IMG/VR virus record: IMGVR_UViG_3300025276_000031
Coordinates: 6,257 to 70,256 of that record
Strand: one strand, 5' to 3'
Source: a virus
Length of the DNA stretch: 64,000 bases
Part shown: positions 29,883 to 38,920 of the stretch, piece by piece
Position numbering within the stretch: position 1 is the first letter of the stretch
Layout of the letters: each line of letters opens with the position of its first letter
Notes under the pieces: model-generated
Database searches by the model: none
Seen by the model: the letters and a program-made list of their open reading frames with translations, nothing else
What the model was told of the DNA's origin: nothing
Made by a program: the position numbers and the translations under genes

Positions 29883-30178
29883 ATCTTTTTACCCCACGTA
29901 CGTAGGTCACTTACATAACGTGTTAGTTCTTCCCGCGCTGTCCATAGATTACCCGAGGCGTTAGGTAACGGGTATTTTGCGTGTACTTTGTCTTGCCACA
30001 TATCCACCTGTTGACGCAGGAATTTTAGTTCTGATTGCTGCGCGGGTGTTAGGTTGTCTTGTTCTTTCTCCATGATCTCTGCCCTTTGGTTTCTGATTAA
30101 CTCTTGCTGCTGTTCCAGTTCAAGAAACTGCCTGTCTAAGTCGCTATGCTGTGGGAAGTCTACTATGTTATCGTCCAT
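29879..30178 (-). CDS. Hypothetical protein
   Basis: GGAGG RBS before MDDNIVDFP. Confidence 0.7.
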   Translation of the reverse strand: MDDNIVDFPQHSDLDRQFLELEQQQELIRNQRAEIMEKEQDNLTPAQQSELKFLRQQVDMWQDKVHAKYPLPNASGNLWTAREELTRYVSDLRTWGKKI

Positions 30179-30196
30179 GTTCACCTCCAAAAATTA

Positions 30197-30364
30197 GGTG
30201 CCCCATGCTTTACGGAACACAGGGACTAACCGTATCGTGGTTTCTCCGACAAGATCACAAAGACGAAAGGGTTGTGTTTTCACACGGAGGTTTCTTTGCT
30301 CTTGTTGCTGCGGTTTATGCGGAACTATGCCGAAAACGCGCCCACTCACAGCTTGGGTATCTAA
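30197..30364 (-). ncRNA. Candidate structured intergenic RNA
   Basis: ~170-nt gap with no credible ORF and four stems plus a possible pseudoknot, read by eye (see findings). Confidence 0.35.
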
Positions 30365-30664
30365 TCACAACGCGGGTTTACCGCAGTCCATAAGTTCATC
30401 TCTTACTGTGTGCATATTATCCTCGTTAACAACTAAGTCTAAGCCCCCTGCGTCACGTATTTGTTTGAGGTTTTTGTCTTGCAATGGCGTTGGTTTGTTC
30501 TTGCCAGCCTTACATTCTATCCCAAAGAACACGCCGTGGTAACAGCCTACTACATCAGGCACACCGCTTTGACCGTAGCCGCCTGTCACAGGATAGAAAT
30601 AATATGCGCCTAGTTGTTTTAGTTGTGCAACCACAACCTTTTTAACTTTTGCTTCGGGTGTCAT
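30365..30664 (-). CDS. VRR-NUC nuclease (Holliday-junction resolvase-like)
   Basis: TPE.KVK...GVPD...IECKA...T.LQ. Confidence 0.85.
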   Translation of the reverse strand: MTPEAKVKKVVVAQLKQLGAYYFYPVTGGYGQSGVPDVVGCYHGVFFGIECKAGKNKPTPLQDKNLKQIRDAGGLDLVVNEDNMHTVRDELMDCGKPAL

Positions 30665-30715
30665 GTTGTCCTCCGTTGATACCAGTGGTGAGACAGTGTT
30701 ACCCGCCTCACCACT

Positions 30716-30733
30716 TTCGGGCAGGTGCCCGAA
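30716..30733. repeat. 18-bp palindrome copy 2 (TTCGGGCAGGTGCCCGAA)
   Basis: 1 nt after a stop codon; adjacent to an AGTGGTGAG/CTCACCACT hairpin. Confidence 0.95.
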
Positions 30734-30734
30734 G

Positions 30735-30983
30735 TCAATATACCCAATAACTATTTGGTCCCATTCTGCTGCCTACGTTGTCAACCTCGCAAGTTGGTGG
30801 TGGCAACGATAGCATGGTCAACACAGACAGACGCTCTTGAACCCATTGGGGTAGTTCATCCACAGAATTGTAATAGCTATATAACTCCCCGTCAACCCTA
30901 TCCATACCTAAAGTTGACACGTAAACACTTTTACTATCCTGTGATATGCGTAGATGGTAAACAATATCTTTACCTGTATTCAC
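30735..30983 (-). CDS. Hypothetical protein
   Basis: LPQWVQERLSVL...VDNVG; resembles the C-terminus of the upstream gene (IQGKVAVM...VEGVG). Confidence 0.7.
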   Translation of the reverse strand: MNTGKDIVYHLRISQDSKSVYVSTLGMDRVDGELYSYYNSVDELPQWVQERLSVLTMLSLPPPTCEVDNVGSRMGPNSYWVY

Positions 30984-31891
30984 GTTGTAACATCTTCCAC
31001 ATAGAAGAAGAACGTGGTGTCATCGACCTTGAACCCAACGCCCTCGACAAACTGTTCATCCTCGCACATGGACATGACAGCAACTTTACCCTGTATATCA
31101 TCGGACACGGCATCCGCGTCAAACGTACCAACAAGTAAGTTAGTTACGTTATACGAAGATTTAATGTTCTCCATACTACACACGTCTACACGCTGTTTAC
31201 CAAACCTCTCATATACATACACGTACGTCATAGGTAATGTGCTACCACTGAGCCTGTCACGTTCTTTTTTGGTCTTGAACACTTCCAACAAATCTTTGTG
31301 GTAGTCTGCCTGCGGGAAAACATGGCCTGACTTAACCAGAGAATCCAACGCTGATATAGTACGCTCGGCCTTCATACCATAATATTCCAAGCCAACAGTA
31401 TCTACTGCACTTCTGTACGCTCGTACTGCCTCCTGTTCTAATGCGTTAACAGGTTTAACTACTTTGGAACGTAACGCTTCCGCTACCTCTGTAGGATGAT
31501 AGCTACGGAACGCACCCTTGGCAGCTTTGACAGCGATATCCATATCTTTTGCCATACGCATGTGATGCTGCTTGTTGTGGTCACTGTATTTTAGGTTCTC
31601 GATTGTGCGTGAATACACCACAAATTTATCATCCCCGTTCTTGCTGGTCTGGAAGTCTCCGCTACCGATCCAGCCTAGCGTCATGTAGTCACCTTCCATG
31701 TAGACCCATGCCGATCTCTGGTCACGGTATATTGTCTTAGCCCCACGTATAGACTGCTCCACTGCTTTACGGAACACTCCCAGAAAGGAAGTTGCGCGAG
31801 AATGGTCAAAGCTAGTGCTACCCGCGTTTTCCTGTATCTTGGCGTTGTATTGGGCCTTTGCGAACCGTAGGCTTGTGTGTTGAGTTGACAT
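30980..31891 (-). CDS. Hypothetical early protein
   Basis: 303-aa ORF coupled to its neighbours. Confidence 0.75.
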   Translation of the reverse strand: MSTQHTSLRFAKAQYNAKIQENAGSTSFDHSRATSFLGVFRKAVEQSIRGAKTIYRDQRSAWVYMEGDYMTLGWIGSGDFQTSKNGDDKFVVYSRTIENLKYSDHNKQHHMRMAKDMDIAVKAAKGAFRSYHPTEVAEALRSKVVKPVNALEQEAVRAYRSAVDTVGLEYYGMKAERTISALDSLVKSGHVFPQADYHKDLLEVFKTKKERDRLSGSTLPMTYVYVYERFGKQRVDVCSMENIKSSYNVTNLLVGTFDADAVSDDIQGKVAVMSMCEDEQFVEGVGFKVDDTTFFFYVEDVTT

Positions 31892-32916
31892 TATTTCTTA
31901 CCCTTCTTGATCTTGATGAAGCCACAGACCTGATTGATCTTGGCATTGTATTGCGCTTTCACGCTGCTCTCCGTCACGTTGTCATAGCCCATATATCCGC
32001 GCCCCCCTTGTTCTGTGAGCGCGTCATAGTGTGTGCCATTTATTATCGTAAAGGCTAGTGCTACACGCAGCGGGTGTTCTTCGTCTTTGATAATCTCCCT
32101 TGATAGTTTCGGATTGTCTTTAAACACTTCTGACGATCTGAACCATTTATTGCCTATGTATCTAGACACTTCCTCATTAACTCTACGCACTTGATCGTGA
32201 CTACCGTAGTCCCACAGCGGGGCCATAGTGAACGCCCACTGTCTGAACTTGTCGAGGTACGGTTTCATCTTGGTCTTGGACACCTTGTCGATACGCTGCG
32301 TAGGGGGGATAGGTTTAGCCTTACCGCCGCTATCATAACTTACATCATGGTCTTTGAAGCGGAACGTCAACGCCACTCCATCGTCACGCGAGGTTAGGTC
32401 TTTAGTCCATCGGTTCCTTGTACCTGTCGGCACTGCAAACGCTGCTAACGTGTTACTCTTAGCAAGATAGTACCGTTCCCCACGGCAGTGTATGAACTGT
32501 TTGCCTTGGTCGATACTGAACCTAATGCCACGCGGCAGACAGCGGTGTAAGAAACTATACCTGCTTGTGTGTGCGCTAGTTACACCTGTAGCGTTACGCA
32601 CTGTGATTGTCTCACTGCCGTCTCTGTGTTTGCGCCATACGATAGGGGCCAGCTTAATCACCTCGGCTTCGGTTGGTTTACCTCCCCCCGAACCGTACCA
32701 CGATTTGAACACGTCATCACCTGTGTAATACCCGTCCATCAGCACGTAACAGTTGTCGTTGATCTTCTTGATACGCTCATGTTTACGCGCACGATCACCG
32801 ATAGGACGTATGTCCTGTTCGCGTGTGTGGCATTTCGATACCAGCGGTTTGGTACTTTCGTATAGCGTAGCCACTTTACCAAAGCTGTCTATATTCCATA
32901 AATTTACAAGTGCCAT
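31891..32916 (-). CDS. Hypothetical early protein
   Basis: 341-aa ORF with GGAG RBS. Confidence 0.75.
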   Translation of the reverse strand: MALVNLWNIDSFGKVATLYESTKPLVSKCHTREQDIRPIGDRARKHERIKKINDNCYVLMDGYYTGDDVFKSWYGSGGGKPTEAEVIKLAPIVWRKHRDGSETITVRNATGVTSAHTSRYSFLHRCLPRGIRFSIDQGKQFIHCRGERYYLAKSNTLAAFAVPTGTRNRWTKDLTSRDDGVALTFRFKDHDVSYDSGGKAKPIPPTQRIDKVSKTKMKPYLDKFRQWAFTMAPLWDYGSHDQVRRVNEEVSRYIGNKWFRSSEVFKDNPKLSREIIKDEEHPLRVALAFTIINGTHYDALTEQGGRGYMGYDNVTESSVKAQYNAKINQVCGFIKIKKGKK

Positions 32917-32967
32917 TTTTTAGTCTCCGTTGTTTGGGGGCAGCACCATGCCACCCCCTGTTATGAT

Positions 32968-32985
32968 TTCGGGCAGGTGCCCGAA
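32968..32985. repeat. 18-bp palindrome copy 3 (TTCGGGCAGGTGCCCGAA)
   Basis: Immediately follows the TAA of the gene ending at 32986. Confidence 0.95.
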
Positions 32986-33753
32986 TTAAAATCCTCTACC
33001 CATGAACCAGCCGCACACACCCACGGCTGCGAGTATCGCCCCAGCCACCAACACTTTAGGTATACGCACCGTGATGTGATGCGGGTACGTTGGCTCGGTT
33101 ACGGTACGTCTACTACCCACAGATGCAGCCTTCTGTGTGACACGTTTTGGCTTGGGCTTTACGTACGTATTACCCGGAACAGGTTCGTCCTTACGTATTT
33201 CTTCTACCTCGGCCTCGGGTATATCCTCGTCATCCCCAAAAAATAGGTCATCTAGCTCAAAGTCTATGGATGCGTAGGTAAACGCGGCCCACTGTCCTTT
33301 ACCTTTGCGAGAATGATTGCCATATGCACTAGGGCCATACAAAGCCTCCAATTTTAACCGCTCCTCGCCCTGCACTGTGTCTGGAATGAACCAGCACATA
33401 CCATCCCACAACGCACCTAATTTCTTAGCCTCTTCTTTGTTGTAGTATGTAACCTGTCGTAGGTAGTGTTTTGGTTTAGCTTTGATCGCGGTTGTGGGTT
33501 CGGGAAACAATTCTTCGATTGTCGCCGTTGTTTTGGCTTTCCGCTTGTACGTCATGGTCGGTATGCCCGACACTTGCGTACGCATCTTGGATACTTTTTG
33601 TTGTATCGCTTTCGGTGAACGTCCCAACTCAACGCCAATATCTTCTGATGTTACACCCTCTTTTGCCAAACGGCACAGTGTGGACACGTCAGCACTTGAC
33701 CACCGTAAATTACTTTTTTCAGTTACTACGCTTGCTTGTCTTACTTTATCCAT
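32986..33753 (-). CDS. GcrA/Myb-like HTH + DUF5710-like domain + C-terminal membrane anchor
   Basis: WSSADVSTLCRLAKEGVTSEDIGVELGRSPKAIQQKV; KEEAKKLGALWDG..WFIP; VLVAGAILAAVGVCGWFMG. Confidence 0.6.
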   Translation of the reverse strand: MDKVRQASVVTEKSNLRWSSADVSTLCRLAKEGVTSEDIGVELGRSPKAIQQKVSKMRTQVSGIPTMTYKRKAKTTATIEELFPEPTTAIKAKPKHYLRQVTYYNKEEAKKLGALWDGMCWFIPDTVQGEERLKLEALYGPSAYGNHSRKGKGQWAAFTYASIDFELDDLFFGDDEDIPEAEVEEIRKDEPVPGNTYVKPKPKRVTQKAASVGSRRTVTEPTYPHHITVRIPKVLVAGAILAAVGVCGWFMGRGF

Positions 33754-34081
33754 TTTCGTTCTCCATGTTATCGGCTTGGATTTCACCTAAGCCATTACAG
33801 TTGTCGCAATCTTTCCAATAGGCGCATGGCTCATTGATACCAGCGCCCGACACTTCGAACCTCTCATATTCCACTTGACCCATACGGTCAGAATGTTTGC
33901 ACTCGGGACAAGCAATGAACGGATTGAACTGTTGCTTGTACTTGTCCCACGCAGCGGTAAACTCGGCTTCCTCTGTCTTGTCCCACGGCGGGGGACTTGT
34001 GCTTATCTTCGCCGTTCTGTTTTGTACGGATGCGGTCTGCCTGTTCCGCACCCTGATCGAACCGTCTTTAGCGACATTCAT
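33746..34081 (-). CDS. Zinc-finger protein (DnaJ-like CxxCxGxG)
   Basis: CPECK...CDNCNGLG. Confidence 0.65.
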   Translation of the reverse strand: MNVAKDGSIRVRNRQTASVQNRTAKISTSPPPWDKTEEAEFTAAWDKYKQQFNPFIACPECKHSDRMGQVEYERFEVSGAGINEPCAYWKDCDNCNGLGEIQADNMENENG

Positions 34082-34082
34082 T

Positions 34083-34388
34083 TCAGTTTCTCCCTGCTAT
34101 CTTCAGGTAGCTGTTCAGCATATCCCTTAGTTGCATTGCGTGTTCTGGGCGTAGGTCAGTGATCCAGATACCCGTATGATCTTCGTTCTCAGGTACGGAT
34201 CGTTGACCTATTTTTAAATCCCACAGGGATAGTTCACCGTCTGCAAACCCATCTGCCGTGATAGTCCATTCTTTGTCTTGGACTTGATCCTGTACGTTGT
34301 GCGTTATGGTGACGCCTTTAGATGGACACTTCCGATCCACAGGTTTTAGCCATTCACGCCATTGGTCTATCTCAACTATATCAGCCAT
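34083..34388 (-). CDS. Hypothetical protein
   Basis: AGGAG RBS; 101 aa. Confidence 0.7.
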   Translation of the reverse strand: MADIVEIDQWREWLKPVDRKCPSKGVTITHNVQDQVQDKEWTITADGFADGELSLWDLKIGQRSVPENEDHTGIWITDLRPEHAMQLRDMLNSYLKIAGRN

Positions 34389-34400
34389 TTCAGTTCTCCT

Positions 34401-34589
34401 TTACTCTTTGAGTTTTTGTAGAAGTTGGTTCGCTTCTTTAATGGTCACTAACGCTTGTGTTCGTGTTGAACCGTTGTCTGCGTGACCTGATACGTAGTGT
34501 TCCAACATAGCCTTGAGGTCTACGATGACGTTGTAGATATCTTCCTCTGTTTGGATCATTTCATTAACTTCATGATTGATAGTTGTCAT
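34401..34589 (-). CDS. Hypothetical protein
   Basis: GGAGG RBS; ATGA overlap with the vWA gene. Confidence 0.65.
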   Translation of the reverse strand: MTTINHEVNEMIQTEEDIYNVIVDLKAMLEHYVSGHADNGSTRTQALVTIKEANQLLQKLKE

Positions 34590-35794
34590 ACTAAGTCCTC
34601 CGTACTTACGTATATCGCCTTACCCACATCAGGCTTGGCACTCTTGTTATCCAAGATAACCCACAACACAGGATGATCCCACGTACCCCAGCCGCCGTAC
34701 AAGTAACCATCTGTAAACACGATAGATGCTTGCGGGTGTATGTCATGCTCCTTCAGGTACTCAGGCACACAGCGCACGTCCGTACCACCACCACCGACAG
34801 GATTAGTACGCTCGGCTACGTGATCTATTTCTTCACGTACGTACTTCTCGTACCCACATACTTTGGTGTCCCAATAGCTTACGTGTAACTCGTCAGGGTG
34901 TACTGTCTTACAGATACCAACCAACTCGCTAATCATAACCTGCTGTTCACGCGCACCGATAGAACCAGACATATCGTTGTGTTCCGCGATACACTTGACC
35001 TTCTCGCTCACACCAGACGGACGGTACTCATTCGACTGCAGATAGCGTTTGTTAGGGCGTCGATACGTTGAGTAGTCAGACCCAGCACACGTTTCTTGGA
35101 TGAACTCACGCAACTCGTCACGCCAATTTATCTTATGCTTCAACAGTCCTTCGATGTCACGATTGCCACCGCTACCTGTCTTACCTGCTATGATACTACC
35201 TTGACGTACCGCCTCGTCAATCTCACGTTCCAACTCACGCTGTTCTTCGGCGTCCATTTCTTCCGCGCCTTCCCAATCGTGATCGTCTAACGGCGTACCA
35301 TCACCGTCACCATCTTCGGGCCGACCTTTGGGATTGTCTTTTTGTTGTTGGTACAGATGCCAGAATATCTTGGCCGTACCCCAACCACGGAAGTCATAGT
35401 TGAGACAGCCGCCTTCGATGAACTCCACCCAACCATCTTGACCATACTCGTCCATGATCTTGATGTTGATGTCGTGATCCATCGACACGTTGGCGAGGTG
35501 GCTGTCTATAGCCCACAGGTGTTTCCACGTTATCAGGTGGCGATACATCTTGTGATAGTTTTCGTGGATCACCACGAACCGTAGCTTGGCATCGTTCAAC
35601 GGCTCCATGAAAGTTGCGGAATACCATTCGTCTTTGCCGTTGGTACACGCGGTTCTGACCTTGGGATTGTCGTACACCACCTCCCGCTTGCCAATCATAA
35701 TGATACCAGCGAGTGCATGACACTTCGCCATCACGTCAACGACGGCTTTGGACAGCCGCTGCTCTGGGGTTAACGTCTTACCTATTGATAACAT
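34586..35794 (-). CDS. DUF2201-type metallopeptidase + vWA domain protein
   Basis: TACTNG, HENYH (HExxH), MIDAS DMSGS, GGGGTD and FTDG. Confidence 0.85.
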   Translation of the reverse strand: MLSIGKTLTPEQRLSKAVVDVMAKCHALAGIIMIGKREVVYDNPKVRTACTNGKDEWYSATFMEPLNDAKLRFVVIHENYHKMYRHLITWKHLWAIDSHLANVSMDHDINIKIMDEYGQDGWVEFIEGGCLNYDFRGWGTAKIFWHLYQQQKDNPKGRPEDGDGDGTPLDDHDWEGAEEMDAEEQRELEREIDEAVRQGSIIAGKTGSGGNRDIEGLLKHKINWRDELREFIQETCAGSDYSTYRRPNKRYLQSNEYRPSGVSEKVKCIAEHNDMSGSIGAREQQVMISELVGICKTVHPDELHVSYWDTKVCGYEKYVREEIDHVAERTNPVGGGGTDVRCVPEYLKEHDIHPQASIVFTDGYLYGGWGTWDHPVLWVILDNKSAKPDVGKAIYVSTEDLV

Positions 35795-35930
35795 TTTTCT
35801 TACCTTTCGTTGTTGCTATCGCACGTCTCGCTGAACGATTGACGGGCTTCATATTTTCTACATCCCGCTTACGGGGTTTATTGCTTCCATGCCCTAGATT
35901 TTTAAAGGCTTTAAAATTTGTTTCTCTCAT
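35778..35930 (-). CDS. Small basic protein (50 aa, MRETNFK...NRSARR...)
   Basis: Translated by hand; AAAGGT RBS directly after palindrome copy 4. Confidence 0.5.
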   Translation of the reverse strand: MRETNFKAFKNLGHGSNKPRKRDVENMKPVNRSARRAIATTKGKKNVINR

Positions 35931-35947
35931 CGACTTACCTTTCTACT

Positions 35948-35965
35948 TTCGGGCAGCTGCCCGAA
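35948..35965. repeat. 18-bp palindrome copy 4 (perfect TTCGGGCAGCTGCCCGAA)
   Basis: Immediately follows the TAA of the AAA gene. Confidence 0.95.
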
Positions 35966-37072
35966 TTACTTTTTGTCAGCGGAGAACATGTAGTTGTTGT
36001 CCATTGCCCACTGAGTGAATTTTTTGTTGGTCATAACGATTGACTGTTTGCCGTACTTCGGCGCACGTACGCCATTGGCAAACATGCCTTGCGCTTCGAT
36101 ATCCAACCGCTGCATATACGTCATCCAAGGGTCAACCCAATCGCGTTCGATGCTGGCAAGCGTACGGAACACAACCATACAAGTGGCAGACGCAGACGTT
36201 GGTACTAACGCGTTAGCAGGGTCTTTCTTGATACTCTCGGTTGTCGGCAGTTGATTGGACAGCTTCACATACGCCATCAAGTCCAAGCCAGCGCGTGTAC
36301 CGATAGCACCCATCAGTGCGGTAGTTAGTGTCGTATCATCAATCAGGTGACGTGTTTTGAGTATATCGGAAGCCAGCTTACCTGAGCGAGGCGTAAACAC
36401 TGCATCCTGTGTGACACGGCGCGGATGATGGATGTACGGGTTATCATCAGGGTCAGCCACTTCATCGAATGTCTGCAACACTTGCGGGTTGTCTTTGACC
36501 CAACCAAGTAAGATAGGATCACCGCCGTTGTTCAACATCCAGCCAAGGTATTCTTCCACGCTTGGCTTGCGTGTAGGAACCACGACCATAGCATTACGTT
36601 GGTGTGCAGGTAACGCGTCACCCAGACCCTCGCTGCCCATGTTAGTCGTGCCATAGATAATAGAACCCTCGGGCAATGTGATATTGCCAACCTTACGTTC
36701 CAGCATGATACGTCTTACACCCTTCTTTACAGGGTCAGGGGCTTTGAAGAACTCGTCGAAGTTAATAATCACAGGTACACCGAGGTGTGCGCCCAATTCT
36801 GCATTGGGTACAAACTCAACATAGTCGGAGATCATGTTCTCCATTTTCTTCATAAACTTAGGTGCAGACAGGTCTTGGATGTCTTTGTTGGTACAATCAA
36901 ATTCGATGTACACATGGTTTGGTAGGGCTTGTTCCAGTTCAAATTTGATACCAGAGGTTTTGCCTGTACCCATGTAACCTTGGGCAATCACGGTCAGGCT
37001 ATGACCCACTGCTTTGATAAGGGCTGCGGTCTGTTCGATGCTTAGACTGTAAGCTGCCATTGTATTACTCAT
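35966..37072 (-). CDS. MoxR-like AAA+ ATPase
   Basis: Walker A GYMGTGKT, Walker B INFDE, sensor TTN, TPRS; adjacent to the vWA gene. Confidence 0.85.
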   Translation of the reverse strand: MSNTMAAYSLSIEQTAALIKAVGHSLTVIAQGYMGTGKTSGIKFELEQALPNHVYIEFDCTNKDIQDLSAPKFMKKMENMISDYVEFVPNAELGAHLGVPVIINFDEFFKAPDPVKKGVRRIMLERKVGNITLPEGSIIYGTTNMGSEGLGDALPAHQRNAMVVVPTRKPSVEEYLGWMLNNGGDPILLGWVKDNPQVLQTFDEVADPDDNPYIHHPRRVTQDAVFTPRSGKLASDILKTRHLIDDTTLTTALMGAIGTRAGLDLMAYVKLSNQLPTTESIKKDPANALVPTSASATCMVVFRTLASIERDWVDPWMTYMQRLDIEAQGMFANGVRAPKYGKQSIVMTNKKFTQWAMDNNYMFSADKK

Positions 37073-37088
37073 GTTAGTTCTCCGTGTT

Positions 37089-37106
37089 TTCGGGCAGCTG
37101 CCCGAA
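37089..37106. repeat. 18-bp palindrome copy 5 (perfect)
   Basis: Directly before the ACGGAG RBS of the AAA gene. Confidence 0.95.
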
Positions 37107-37113
37107 TGTTAAG

Positions 37114-37212
37114 TTATCGTATTGGATTGACTGTCACGCCGTGGGCAATGAACAGTAGGATTATAAGGGCTATGAATATACACAGCCCCCCGCGAATGTT
37201 TCCGTTGCCCAT
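37114..37212 (-). CDS. 32-aa single-pass membrane peptide (MGNGNIRGGLCIFIALIILLFIAHGVTVNPIR)
   Basis: Translated by hand; TGATG coupling to the upstream stop; strong hydrophobic core. Confidence 0.5.
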   Translation of the reverse strand: MGNGNIRGGLCIFIALIILLFIAHGVTVNPIR

Positions 37213-38114
37213 CAGAAGTCCAGACTTGGCAGGGCTGCGATAGCTGCGGTCAGTTCTTTCTGTTTGTTTTCGCGCAAGGTGGGGCTGTTCTTTACCTGCC
37301 CAAGCGTAAGACCATGAAAGGTTTGTTCAAGACGTTGGCGCATCGCTTCCATCTGGCTGTCACCTGTCACGTTACACGTACCCAGCATGTCAGTCAGTTC
37401 GAGCGCACGATCAAACACGGTATCGTATAACTTGTTACCTTTGCCTTCGTCGTTCACATCCAACTGTCGGACAAGCGTCTGCAAATTGTCATGCAGCTTT
37501 TGCCATATGTCTTTCATGGCTGCATTTATAGATGACGTGAAATGCTGCTCGTACTGTGTTTTGATTTGGGTCAGGGCTTCGGTGCCGATGTCTATACGAA
37601 AGTCACCACTCTCAGGCAACGGGACATAGCTAACACGGAACCCGAACTTGTCCTCAAGAGCAGAACGTGACGGATACTCGTCACCGTTCCACATAGCACC
37701 CAATGAGGCTTGCGCGTCCATGATCTTCCATTCGTACACGGTCAGGAAGCCGTCAACTAGCCGTGTGAACTCGTTTTGCAGGTCGGTCATAACTTCGTGG
37801 TATTTGAAGTATTGCGCTGTTGTGAGCAGGCGCGACCCGTTGTCAGACCACGGCATAGTCATAGAATAGTGTATGTTACGGGTGTTGGCTGCGAACTTTT
37901 GAACCGCTTTTAGTTCTTGGCAGTCACCTAGTAGGTTCTTAGATACAGACGCAACGCCTTTGTCGGCTTGGTTTGCATCAGTCACTTCGGCAGATGCCTT
38001 GTGATCTTTTTTACGTGCTGTCCAGACAGACGCGTTGAAGTCAACGGTCATGGCCGATGAACTAATTGATGGCGCATTTGATACCAGCGCCGAGGTGTTT
38101 AACATGTCTTGCAT
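37212..38114 (-). CDS. DUF3150-like early protein
   Basis: W.ARKKD...K.LL...T.PW...G.RLL...EYPS...KF.F...P.P..GDFR pattern; ACGGAG RBS. Confidence 0.7.
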   Translation of the reverse strand: MQDMLNTSALVSNAPSISSSAMTVDFNASVWTARKKDHKASAEVTDANQADKGVASVSKNLLGDCQELKAVQKFAANTRNIHYSMTMPWSDNGSRLLTTAQYFKYHEVMTDLQNEFTRLVDGFLTVYEWKIMDAQASLGAMWNGDEYPSRSALEDKFGFRVSYVPLPESGDFRIDIGTEALTQIKTQYEQHFTSSINAAMKDIWQKLHDNLQTLVRQLDVNDEGKGNKLYDTVFDRALELTDMLGTCNVTGDSQMEAMRQRLEQTFHGLTLGQVKNSPTLRENKQKELTAAIAALPSLDF

Positions 38115-38121
38115 TGTCTTA

Positions 38122-38167
38122 CTCCGTTTGTGTTTCGGGCAGCTGCCCGAAAAGGTTGGTTGAGGTT
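38122..38167 (-). repeat. Duplicated leader containing palindrome copy 6 (38134-38151)
   Basis: CTCCGTTTGTGTTTCGGGCAG.TGCCCGAAAAGGTTGGTTGAGGTT is repeated at 38921-38966. Confidence 0.9.
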
Positions 38168-38191
38168 GATAGTCTATCGTGTCGTACCTAT

Positions 38192-38220
38192 ACAATACCA
38201 TAGGTAGCGAGGTATGTCAA
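38192..38220 (-). promoter_or_regulatory. Early sigma70 promoter
   Basis: TTGACA-TACCTCGCTACCTATGG (17 nt)-TATTGT, with extended -10 TG. Confidence 0.85.
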
Positions 38221-38225
38221 GTAAT

Positions 38226-38378
38226 TTACTTTGGTGGTGTTTGTTTGGCTAAGATGGCTTTCACTATCTTAATCTTCATGGGTGGATCGAACACGCGGGG
38301 CTTTACGATTTCCACTGCGTACTGCATCTTGGACTTGTCCACCTTGGGCAGACACTTGCCTCTACCGATTAATGCCAT
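38226..38378 (-). CDS. Small basic protein (50 aa, MALIGRGKCLPK...)
   Basis: Translated by hand; AGGA RBS; fills the gap. Confidence 0.45.
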   Translation of the reverse strand: MALIGRGKCLPKVDKSKMQYAVEIVKPRVFDPPMKIKIVKAILAKQTPPK

Positions 38379-38387
38379 CTCTATATC

Positions 38388-38603
38388 CTATCTTGTTTTC
38401 TGGTTGAGGCTGAGTAGATCAGCCTTACGGGTGACGAGGGTGTAATGACCCTTCGGGGTTGGCACTATGCACCAGCTTGCGCGTTGGCTCTTAGCCTGAT
38501 AGTCGCCGCAATCTAGGCACACGTTATATCCTAGTCGGGCACGTCTCACGCTAAAAGTCTCGCCACACCCGATGCACTCGGGACGGTAACGGCTGCTGCT
38601 CAT
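38388..38603 (-). CDS. C4 zinc-finger protein (DksA/TraR finger-like spacing)
   Basis: CIGCGETFSVRRARLGYNVCLDC; ATGA coupling. Confidence 0.65.
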   Translation of the reverse strand: MSSSRYRPECIGCGETFSVRRARLGYNVCLDCGDYQAKSQRASWCIVPTPKGHYTLVTRKADLLSLNQKTR

Positions 38604-38914
38604 GGCCGTAGTTCCCCCCAACTCGTTACAGCCTTTAACGGTCCCGTACCTTGGTCTTGACGTTCCATTTGCGCTAATCGTCTGTCGGCAGCTGCCCGAA
38701 CTTCGGGAATATCTTGACAACTTGCAAGTAGGCTGTCGAGGAGACACTGATCGTTGTTCATCATAATCATCAGGTCTGCGAGGATGCGTTTGTTGCGCTG
38801 GATGTACGCTTGCGCTTCGACACGGTTGGCGTGTTCTGTGATTACACTTTCGGAATGTGTGCGGGACTTTGGGCACCAAGCGTAACCTTGGACGGTGACT
38901 GTTGTGTGTTGCAT
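38600..38914 (-). CDS. Hypothetical early protein; contains degenerate palindrome copy 7 (38683-38700)
   Basis: ACGGAG RBS before MQHTT. Confidence 0.65.
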   Translation of the reverse strand: MQHTTVTVQGYAWCPKSRTHSESVITEHANRVEAQAYIQRNKRILADLMIMMNNDQCLLDSLLASCQDIPEVRAAADRRLAQMERQDQGTGPLKAVTSWGELRP

Positions 38915-38920
38915 TTGTTT

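Noticed and set aside
30151-30542. Plus-strand ORFs over the 30.2-30.4 kb gap
   Set aside because: Opposite to the operon direction, non-ATG starts without RBS, and overlapping real genes.
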